Source: Tubiluchus corallicola (Eukaryota; Animalia; Priapulida). Taken from it: DNA of 64,000 bases. Location: NCBI GenBank assembly GCA_030141605.1, contig JAQGDQ010000160.1, positions 408,904 to 472,903 on the forward strand, written 5' to 3'. Positions 14,901-26,200 of this stretch are shown here, one piece after another. The notes below the pieces were generated by a model. The model was not told the DNA's origin and made no database searches. It saw nothing but the letters and a program-made list of their open reading frames with translations. Each line of letters begins with the position of its first letter. The stretch's first letter is position 1. Position numbers and translations under genes: made by a program.

Positions 14901-17525
14901 AACACTCGAAGTTTTGAATCTAAAAAGCTAAAAAGATATATCTGGCCTTAGTTATCCTAATTACGGCTGAACAATTAACAATTAAGCAAAGCTCCCCACA
15001 CAATGGACAATGTTGGACAAGTATGCCAGTGTAAACCGTAAGCAACATACTCATTAAGATTCCTGACTAATTTTAAAGTAAAAAACAGAGGTTTAATTTC
15101 CGAAGGTTTGATTTAGTGGTACAAACAGATGACAGAGAACTGGTGAGTATATGAAATGTAGAAGACAAATGAGTTGAACTCATGATAACTGAACTTCAAA
15201 GCTGCACATGCACATCAAACTGGCACTTTTGAATTTGTTAAATGACAAAGTAAGCTTAGCATTCTATATGGTGCAAAATTCTAATGACGAAGGTGTCAGA
15301 AATGACAGTTGGTATGTAACAAACCATGTCACTGAAATTCAAACTTTGACGTGGTGGCAAAATTAATTTGAAGTTGAATTTCTTGAATCACTTGAATTTG
15401 ACCTACCATTGACCACTTGGTCAGAAAATCTAAATTCTAAAGCAATCATAAAAATTTGAAAATTTTGAGCACATTATTACACCAGAATTCACATCCAACG
15501 CTTGCTCAATGCATATAATTTTTTAGGGAAATCAAATATTTATAAATTACTATAAATAATAAGTAATACAGTTGGTAAAAAAACGTGTACAATGTATATA
15601 GTTTTGTCAAAGCATGTTGTGAATATACATAGCATTACGGGTATGTACAACATCTGCATTTTCGAATAAAGACATTTATACAATACTAAAGACTACTCAC
15701 CAGTCATAGGATTCTGTTGCCATGTTTCTATCCTAGTTCTCCTTTTATGTCATGAATAGGCTTCCACAGACCACACCATCAATTATGCTGTTGATTATTA
15801 AATACAATGTTTGTGCTACTGGTAGGGTGTACCATTTATGAGATGGAATTTAGCACCCGCAACATTAACAGACACCAATAGTTCTTTGTTCTCTATATAC
15901 AGTATATGCCAATCACACCTGCTAGCATCTGTACCAATGGTAATTCATTAAATAATTACAGTTCTTCTCTGAGCTGGCAAGGGCAGATGTAGTTACTGCA
16001 ACCGGCTCATACAGGAGCACCTAAATGTACAGGTAAAGTTTTGAAAACCTGTTTTCCTTGAGCAGACAGCACTCATCGAACAGTGTCCTTCGACAAGATT
16101 TTACTCGCCAGCTGCAGCATGTATGAGTCCACGCAGCTAGTGCACAATCTGCACATGAGAGGAAAGGAACATTGAATTAGCAAGTGCAAATGAAAATATT
16201 TGACTTCATGTAAAAATACATTAGCAATACAATGAATTGGAAAACTCCTTTTGAAAAGCAATTTAAGGACTTATCCATCAATAAGAAACAAACATCAAAT
16301 AATTAATCTAACAGAATTTTGTAAAATTAACTAAGTTGCACATAATTCAAATCTATTTGAAAATCATTATTGAGCTAATTAAATAATTAGTATACAATAT
16401 ACATCTTTTGGATGAATTTTAACATATGTTTTTTCATATCCTTAGTACATCATAATGCTCTAAAGAAATTAAAAATTGTTACTGTGCAATAAAAATTAAA
16501 ACATCCATCTACTGTAACATGCATGATATTGCACTTAGATACATCCAATATAACATTCTGGAATAAAATTGTAATTAAATTTTTAAAGACTAATTTGTAT
16601 CAACATGTAATATATGAAATACTTTAACAATTTGGTAGGAATTCCCCACGTAACTACAAAGTCAACATTACTTCACAAATTATGAGGTAATAACAAGTAA
16701 TTTTTCATTTTAGGTATTTTCTTTGCAAATTGTTCTAGTTCGTAATTCTTTCTGGAGTTTTTAGCTTTTAAAATTCAAAAAAGTCGAAGCTCTATTGACA
16801 GTTAGGCAGTTAACATGCATACACAAAATTAATAATAATACGTATCCACAGCTGCTGTACTTCAAATCTTGAAATCTTGATTTAAGAATCGGACCATTCT
16901 TAAATTTCGAAGAAGTTTACTAAACAATTAAAAAGGATGTAGATTAATCAAGTTCGATTCGTAACTTTTATGGAACAATAATCTAGGCATAGCAATTTCT
17001 AGCAAATTGGCAATACTGTTCAAACAGAATATTAAATTTTAATATACCATACTGCTTCATAGAATAAAATCAATATAATTACTATATTTTGGAGTTATAT
17101 TAATAATAAAAAGCCAAATTACTGAAATTAGAGCAAAGTTTGGTCCTGTACCAGTTTGCATAAACAAAGCACACTGACGGCGAGGGCAGCATTAAGTCGT
17201 AGGTATTAACACCAACTTTAATAATAGTAACAGGGTAACTGCATAAAAATTCAGCCCAATTTATCTTAACAAAAATTATCGTTGCACCTGCTTGCTTCTA
17301 TTCTTTGTCGAAACGGCACACTAAAAACAAAGACACCGCAAAATTTGCTTAAAATCAACAAGCTCAGCTTTCATCTTGACTTTCATGTTGTCTTGTTCTG
17401 AAAATTGGAAAGACAACTGCGCCATCTGTTGCGAAGTTTCTCTATTATTCAAGTTGGCCTGGCAAATGAAGAATTTTTTTATATAGGTACGCAAGCTGTA
17501 ATGAAGTATTATTATAACATATCAC

Positions 17526-17604
17526 GGGATGGAGACCAATCCTGGAAACGTTGGAAATACATGGGATGGAGACCAATCCTGGAAACGTTGGAAATACATG
17601 GGAT
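17526..17604. repeat. 37-bp tandem duplication at the 5' truncation point of a LINE fragment
   Basis: gggatggagaccaatcctggaaacgttggaaatacat x2. Confidence 0.9.
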
Positions 17605-18170
17605 CACTACTTGGCACAGAAGATCATATCAATATCAAAAATAGGAAATAAAGAGCAATGTGCGATTTTACCCAAATAAATCAATCCTAACTAGCAAGAA
17701 ACTATCTCTCAACACAAGTTTGCGACTCTTCAGTGTATATGTAACTAATATCTTCATGTACAACAGTGAAATGTGGGGGTGGACTGCAACCCAGGAAGTA
17801 GAAATAGATGTGTTTTCCTGAAGTCTACACAGAAAAATCTTAAAAATAAAATGGGTATAATTATAATTGTTTCAAATGAGCAGCTGTATAACAGAACGAA
17901 AGTGGAACATTGGAGTACTAAAATCAGAATCAAAAGGCTAAAATGGGCAGGACATTTAATGAGATTGCCAGAAACAACATCAGTAAGATTAGCATTAAAC
18001 GAGGCACTGAAACCTGCTAAATGACCCCAAGCAAGCCAAAAACGACTTGAATATGAAGAAAAATTATTAATAAAGATTTACAACAGCTGAAACCAAACCT
18101 AACAATAGCATCACAGGAGTTGAAATTTTAGCTGCAAACAGGAAACAGTGGTGTTCTAACAACGATAGAG
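17560..18170 (+). mobile_element. Decayed non-LTR retrotransposon 3' fragment, RTE-like clade
   Basis: Frameshifted translation KLSLNTSLRLFSVYV..MYNSEMW..SNEQLYNRT..IRIKRLKWAGHLMRL..LAANRKQW is typical of RTE-type ORF2 C-termini. Confidence 0.85.
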
Positions 18171-18199
18171 GTTCAGTGTTTACAATAGATATTTAGAGC

Positions 18200-19210
18200 A
18201 ACAGAAGAAGGAGAAGGCTCTGGATATTATTCTCAGGACATTATCTCGCTGTTATGTTTTTTTTTTCAAAAATATTGGAAAACGTTGTTTACAATAAAAT
18301 AATAATTATTTTATTTTGATCATCAAAACATAATAAATAATAAGTAGTTTAGTTTTCGGAAAAACAGCTCAACCGAATTGGCTCTGATAAACATTATAGA
18401 TATTATAACTAAATGCATTGAACAAAATAAAGTAACAGTAGCAATATTTTGTGACCTCTCTAATGCCTTTGACACTGTTAATCATAACACTTTTTGCTCA
18501 ACTACGTCATTGCGGTCTTAGAGAGGTAGCAAACGCATGGTTATCTAGTTATCTTCATGGGAGAACGCAAGTGTTTCAATACAATAATGTAATTTCAAAA
18601 GAAACTTTTATAACCAATGGGGTACCACAAAGCTCAATTTTATGTCCACTACTATTTTCAATATTTATAAATGACATAAATTATTCTTTAGATAGTCCAG
18701 ATCACTTCCAGTTTGCAGATGATACCAGCATATTTTTTGAGTTAAATAAGACTGATAATTTAATATAATTCTATCAACCATGAATTACAAAAAATTGCTA
18801 TTTGGTTTAAAACGAAAAAGTTGTTATTGATTTCTACGAAAGTTAAATGTATCATTTTTAGTGCAAGACATTTATCTTAGAAAAAGAGAAAATCTTAGTT
18901 TAACGTGTTTCAAGACTAATAACATTTTAACTGTTGATGATTTAATACAAATGATTACAGCTATATACATGTATAAAACTAGATATCATCTCTTTCCAAC
19001 ATTTTTTAATAATTCAATCCAACCTAATAATCGGTGTTACGCAACCAGAATAAATGAGTTTGACATTAATTTCAGTAGAACAAACGTGGCACGTCAATTC
19101 ATTGCAAATTTTGGTTCAAGGCTTAGGAATGACATAAATGATGAATTAAAAACTATTCAGCCAATTAAAAAATTTAAAAAGAAATACAAAGCAATGATTT
19201 TCAATACTAT
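18200..19210 (+). mobile_element. Decayed non-LTR retrotransposon RT fragment, L2/CR1 group
   Basis: FRKNSSTELAL..AIFCDLSNAFDTVNH..WLSSYLHGRTQ..GVPQSSILCPLLFSIFIND..FADDT, then an apparent internal deletion and the C-terminal NILTVDDL..YMYK..YATR segment; frameshifts and stops present. Confidence 0.92.
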
Positions 19211-19511
19211 ACAATATTTCTTAATATCTTATAGCTACTGCAGCAACCATACAACAATCCTGGTACAGATTATGCAAAATAGACATCATTCATTAATTTT
19301 AGAGCTGATGCAAACATCGTACAATCTACTGTTTCCTACTATTTCCTACTGATCTAACCTTTTTCCTTCTTTTTTGCTCACGTATCAATACCTTTTTTTA
19401 TCTGGTTCACATGACAATGGGCTTTTACAAGCATCTGCTTCTCTCCCAACATAATAATTTATTACAAAATGAACTAATAATTTTGATGTCACCATGTATT
19501 GAATGTGATAA

Positions 19512-19588
19512 TAAATAATAATAATAATGATAATAATAATAATAATAAGAAGAAGAAGAATAAGAAGAAGAAGAAGAAGAAGAAGAAA
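19512..19588. repeat. (aat)n/(aag)n microsatellite
   Basis: Directly visible. Confidence 0.95.
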
Positions 19589-19824
19589 AAGGCAAGATTT
19601 AATACACGCCAAAAAGTACTGAAAGGCAGTGCTTACTCAAGGAGAGGCTTGTTTGTTATGTGATTGGAGTTTGGTTCACAAGCTCATGACCAAGGACAGC
19701 TCTCTAGATTCTAGAATGAGCCATCGAACTGGCAAATGTATCTCAGTCACATTTGAATATTATATTATGTACATTCTCCCTTTACCCAGGTAAACAGCCA
19801 AGATTTACAAAATATACTTCCTGT

Positions 19825-19990
19825 GGTAAGTATTGAACCCACGCAGCCACAAACCGTTCACAGGAAGAAGCATGGGTGCTTTATCCACTCACCCTGTCAC
19901 ACATGAACTTTTTTTATGTTGAAAAGGTCTGGGCTGAAGGGTTTTCCGAATTACAAGTCCAGCATTATGACCATTAGACCATATAGCTCC
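19825..19990 (-). mobile_element. Possible degenerate tRNA-derived SINE heads
   Basis: The minus strand shows A-box-like tggtctaatgg and B-box-like gggttcaatac segments; no intact cloverleaf. Confidence 0.3.
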
Positions 19991-22973
19991 AATTGTGATC
20001 AGGGCAAATCTGAATTCAGTCTTATTTTTTCAATCAATGCTATGAATTTTTGAAGTCACATTTGGTTGGAAGGAATATGAAAAAGTTAGTGCGGCTCTTG
20101 ATTTGAAATTTTCCTTAAAATTATTTAAGTTTAACAGTCACTAATTCACTCATTTTTCTTTTGCTTTGGACATATTTTTTTAATTTGAATCGAATCTATA
20201 GAGAATAATAGCGTATGGTCCTGCCATATTGTAACTTTAATTGTCGCATAAATTTTGATTTGCGTACATCCATAGTTTGTTCATTTCAAATAAGAGAGAA
20301 TCAATTAAAAATTTTAATGCTTTCTTATTACTGTCTTGACAATTCTTTTTTGAATGCTATGTAACTGAAGTCTATGAATGAGAGTGTCGTTCTTGGTGCT
20401 ACGAACAGAAGAACTTTATCTTAAGGAGTTCAGTCAATTCCAAATCCTCGAGCATGACCATGTTTATCACTTGATCAGTGACGTTTACTAACGCCAAAAA
20501 CTGAAGATAATTTCGTTTTTAGAGACTTATTGGTGTGCGCTGTGCTCGTGGCTAATCACGACTTGTCTATGCCTAATCCACGCACTTTACTCATATGTGA
20601 CCGAGTAGTTTGTCTTAATTTGGCTCTTATCTTGCCATATTCACAGGCCCTTAAACAATTCTAGCATTTTTAACCACACCACTATTGTCCGTGCGCTTAC
20701 TCCTCGTTCTACCCTCCATGATTCGTGAACTCAGTACCCTTTACATTTGCAAGTTAACAATTGAATTAAAAGTGGATATCTAACAAAACTCGTGGACTCA
20801 CTGCCTAGCATTGGGCTCTCTAGAATATGCTGCTCGGAGATTGAAAACAGCAAAGAGGTGGGACAACCAGACTTTTCTATGAAATTACAGGTTAGAAAAA
20901 CTGCTTAGTCTTATCCTTCATCTAGTTTTTACATATTTCGTCATTTGACAAGCTTTATTTTTGTTACTTTCACTGTAGCAGTTGCAACATTTTGTACTGT
21001 GATATTTATACTTTTATGCTTGTTTACATGCCACTGAATTGCACAGTTATCAATAACTCGTTAACGTTTTATTATAAGGGTATTTCCACATTGTAGGTAA
21101 TAAACTGATTGGTACTAGCAAGTTGTACTAATAACGAACAAATAGCATCAGTATTATCATTAGTGAGAATTAAACAAGACAAAAGATAAAATACCACCAG
21201 GGAAATTAATTCACGTTCTATTTTTATTGAAACAATGTTTTCAATTTCAATAACAACACACAATATAATAATTATTATTATTTGGCTATATGCTATATTA
21301 CAGAGTCATAATGTACAATATAATACATTAACATTCAAAGCAAGCAGAATAGGCACCATATGCAGTTTTGAAGTACATTTTCAGAAATGGAAAATTGCCA
21401 TGTCTAGAAAGAGTTGTTGCAAAAAATGAGGCAGTTTGCATTAGAGATTAATAAGAATTAAATTTTTCCATATTTGTATTACTATTTGTATTACACATAC
21501 AAATTACATGCACATTACATATACATTGATAAGCAAGTATAATGGTCAAGTGTGATTTCTCTTTCGAGCACCAAAGAAACTTAACTACCACACTTTAGGT
21601 TCATTTGGCTCAGTTCGAGTAACAGTTTAAGAAACTGACAATACTAGTACTAGAAAATAATAATACGGGCGTTTCAAATAAATATTTCGTCATGAGGCAT
21701 CATGAGACTGGTAGCCCAAATCACTGCAAAGAGCATGGGCATTATGCTTCATGTGCACCATCAACTTTAAACAGGGGTGTCACGGAATGAATCGATGATA
21801 TCAAGCTCTTAATAGATTTTGAGCAAAAAATTTGTCTCTTAATGCAATATGCTTTGCATGTACATAAAATTTTGATACAATAGGGAATTAGGGACTGTGT
21901 ATAAAACCATCTAGTGCAAAAGGTTAAATTTTTTGCTTAACAGAAGCGCTTAGCTTAGCTTATTTTGGAAAATTGGATAATAATTTATGTCAAAAAAATC
22001 GATTGGTTTTCTCTGTAAAACAGCAAAGCTAGATATTGTAAGTAACACTGAAAAAATAAGGTAGTAACGCAAACTTTATATAAAAATTGTGCACCTGAGT
22101 TTAAAAGAATCTTAACACTTTAAACAAAATAATGTTAAATAATTATTAAATACTAACTAAATGGAGAGTGCTAATGACATTTGTACAAATAATTTAAGAC
22201 GAAAGTACAATTCACTGTTTACCGGTTAAAACATGACTTTCAATTCACTATCAAAGCCTACATATATAGATAAAACCTGGGCAGCACAAAACAGTAAGCG
22301 TATAGCCAAAGTAACAAGGAAATGAGTGATAAAATAACATAGGAAAATTTGACAATTCACAAAACTGTGTCAGCATCAAATGGTGCAGGAAGATACTAGT
22401 GCTGGTATCCAGTAAGATCAGTACAAGCAGTAAAATATACATAGCTAAGTATCAGTGAGGTACAGTTACTGTGCCGGGCAATTAAAATCTGGTATTCATG
22501 GTGAAACTGTTCTCTGGAGTTTGTTTTGGCAATGTTAGAAAAGGTAATTTGTTTTCAGTAAAGCTCCAAATGTGATTTAAAAATTCAATAGAAGAATCAA
22601 TATTCTACTTTCTAGTTCAAAAGGAAGATTTCTCAAAGCACTGTACCTTTTTTTAGGAGACACTGCTTGTCTCACCATGTGAAACACTGTGAAACCACTA
22701 TAATTAATGACAGAGAACGAAATGGAGCTTTCTTTATAGCTGTATTGTAGAGTGATACTCAAAATGATGCATCTTTTGATGATAAAAACAACGATAAAAC
22801 ATCTCTCATCGTTGCAACCATGAAAACTGCTTTGATGGAACAACTGATCCAGTAACTAAACAATAAAAACTGAGTCGTCTCACGTGAAAAACAGTTACAA
22901 AATTGAACTGATGGCATTAGAACACTGCTGAGCACAAACAAATTTTGCCTGCAGTTTTGTCTTTGGCTTTCAC

Positions 22974-23258
22974 TCAGTAAAATTTAGACCAAGAAAATGC
23001 ATCTACTTCCTCTACTTCCTTATCCTTAATTGCCTGCATTAAGTCATACTTTGGTGTGCCTTCAAATAAGGCTGCTCTATTTTGACCTTCGCCTCGTTTG
23101 ACCCAATGACCGTAAATGCCAAAAGCACAACCGTCAATAATTTTGCGCATAATCTTGATTTTGTATGGGTCGTCACGTGCTGTCTGTGCTGATATTGGGC
23201 GAGGCATTAAATGTAGCCGTTGTATTCGTAGATATGCTTTTACACATATGATGCCAAC
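22974..23258 (-). CDS. PHKG: PHKG last exon, calmodulin-binding/autoinhibitory tail
   Basis: tttcag|[75 protein letters not shown] stop. Confidence 0.96.
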   Translation of the reverse strand, partial: VGIICVKAYLRIQRLHLMPRPISAQTARDDPYKIKIMRKIIDGCAFGIYGHWVKRGEGQNRAALFEGTPKYDLMQAIKDKEVEEVDAFSWSKFY

Positions 23259-26200
23259 CTGAAAGTGACAATTACATAAATACTAAAGCATTTCATTAAA
23301 AAATAGCCTCGACGATCAGTGATGAAGATAGTGTATACTACATACACGCTTAGATTTTTATTTTTTGAGATATGTTTGCTATTATGAAAATTCTTCAAAA
23401 GAAAAAAATCATGAAATTTTCAATTAGTTAAATTTCCTAACCCTCATCGCAATCTAACTGATACAAACGAATGTGCTCAAGTTAAATTAAATGCAGCAAT
23501 GCAGATCTTTTAAAACACTGCCAATGAGGGAAAGAGTGTAATTGAAAATGAGCTGACACGGTAGTAGGATTTTCATTTCATGGTGACTTAAAAGAACCAT
23601 AATAACTACTAAAAGGTAGATATTAATTAGTAGCAAAGCCCAAACTCTTGTTGTTCAATAGAAAGGCTTAACAAGGAATTTCAACTTGGTGCACATCTCA
23701 CGCAGTTTGCAGGCACTTCTCTAACCTGGTTAACTAGGTTCAATTCACATCAAAGTACAAAAAAATCCCTCAGAATAACTTTTGCTATGTACTCAAACTT
23801 GTTTTGCTACATTTACTCACCCTCCACATTCTCTTTGAGTCAAAAGCTATCGGCTGGATTGCCTGAAATATCATCAAAGTTAACAATATAAAATATTTTA
23901 AAAATTCATTACAAGAAATTGAGAATTCAATGCACATTAAGTGTGATGAAGGGGAGTGACGAAAGTCGTGTAGTGTTATGAATTTCACTTGTGCAACACG
24001 CTGCAAAAAAATTAATTTCAGAATTCCGCTGATATTGGATGCCACTCAGATATTTACGATGCAACAGTGTTGAAAGTATGCAAAAGTTCGCAAAGGTACT
24101 GAGACCTGCATGTAGCTTATGATTAAAGACAGCACATTTTCTTTTGTGTTTGCACTGCCCTGCTGTAAGGTTGACACTAACTGCACCAGCTGCTGTGCAC
24201 TAGAACTTTCATCACTTCCCCTTCAATGCACTTTGATATTAAGTTATATGGTAAACTGTTTTATGTGGATAGCCAATTATTAGAATGTACGTGCAACAAA
24301 AACATACAAGTGCAAGTAAGATTTCAATATGTTAATAAAATGATATTGCCAATTAAGTAATTAATAATTCAATCTTAATTAAATTAGTTAAAAACATTTA
24401 CTTCGTTTATCATATCTAAAAACCATGCTTCACGCAGAAGAGAAAGTTAGCAAAAAAAACATAAATCTAAATTTTTTAGATATATAATTATATATATATA
24501 TATAAGTTTTCAGAATATAAACTTATGAATAATATTAAAAGGCAGCTTCAGTAGGACAGCACTCGAGTTTTTTGGGTAAACTGATTTGAATCATAGACAA
24601 ACACTTTCTCTTTATTATTCACATTTTTGCTATGCCAAAGCAAGTTAATGTCTAACTGTAGTTTCATAACTGATAAAAAATACAATTTTTGCTGTAAAGC
24701 AGTTTACTCACCGACTGCTCCTGGACATGTAAGAAATGAAAGAAAAATTGCCAATTTACTAAAATTGATAATTCAGCTTCTGACATCATTATGAGTTTAT
24801 AATAAATGCTTTTATTTCCTGTAATTTATCGTTCTATCTTGGTACAAAAAATATTAGCGAGTTTAGAGAAATTAATAACAAAATTTTATAATCATCCAAA
24901 AACATTATAAAATACTTATACAATATAAAATTAAAAATAAATGAGCTGCGTGAACACCAGCCACCAGAGCAACATATTACACTACATGGAAATTCCATGG
25001 CCTACTTATAATTATCACTCATTTTACTAATACTCTACCTTTTTAGTGGCAAGCTGCTCAGTAATTGTGGAAACTTCTTTCACTAGGTCTAGCTGTTAAA
25101 TATAGGGAGAGGATGCAGTTAGAAACAAAAATTATAATACCAGGTCCATACATAGCCAACTAATAAAATACAGCAGATGTCCAAAAAATTAATGATTTTT
25201 GATGACTGTCGGTTCTGGAATCAAATGAAAGTTTATGCAGATCATCACAAGCAAAAAATTTACTAAGAAAGACAAGGATGACCGAGAAGTTTAGCAAAAA
25301 TATTTACTTGCCAGCTATGTATGGAAACAGCAAAAGGAAAAATCGGCAAATGAATAAACATGCAAAAACTGCGAATTTACAGTAAATCATAACACTGCAG
25401 ACAGTTAATATAAAAACAAATTATAAAAATAACGAAAATTAATTTGCAAATTTGTATTTTAACTAACAAGTATGTAGTAATTCATGCAATGTAAAGTTAG
25501 TTACAACAAAATACTTCAAAGTAATATATTACCGTTACAACACAGGACATAATAAAATGTGAATGTGCAATAATACAGAGCCAAAAATTAAGTTTTTGGC
25601 CACTTCATTCTTCGTAGTATAGTGTCTGTTCATTTTATCAGATGTAAAACAAATGTACTGATTATGCAAACAAAACAATTAAAGGGAGAATACCATGAAA
25701 ATCAAGTTAAACTTATTTTACAGTTGCCTTCCCCATGAACAATTTGGCGCAAATTTTTTAGCAGTACGCTGTCTAATTAATGAGTAATTAACTTATTCGT
25801 ATCTCGCGGGAAATGCCATGGAGCTGCATTTACGCTTCTCATGGTAAATTGAACTACCGCAGCTCTGCTGATGACGTAGCAGAGTGTACTCGCAGCTTGC
25901 TGTGTGTCATACACAAGTGGGCTAAAATAAAGCTGTTATTACTACATTACAGTATTTGACTTTGGGTCTGTTAGGTAGTCAGCTGATAGAAACGATTATC
26001 GCTGCACTCATTCACATGTTTTCATCAAATTCTGCAAAAGCGTTATATTTTACTAGCGGCGAAAGTTATAGGTCAATTATAGTATATTCTAATAGATGTG
26101 TAAACAATCATTGCGATTCATGCGATTAACAGCGGCTATTCTAATATTTCTATCAGGCTCCTGTATATCCACATCCTAAAGGAGCAAGCCAAAAAGAAAA

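Noticed and set aside
5900-16200. GC-richer islands as conserved microRNA hairpins
   Set aside because: No full match to conserved bilaterian mature miRNAs that I could recognise by eye; a covariance or miRBase search was not possible.
18451-19352. Reverse transcriptase ORFs as an active element, retron or diversity-generating system
   Set aside because: Motifs are those of L2/CR1-group LINE ORF2, broken by frameshifts, stops and an internal deletion.
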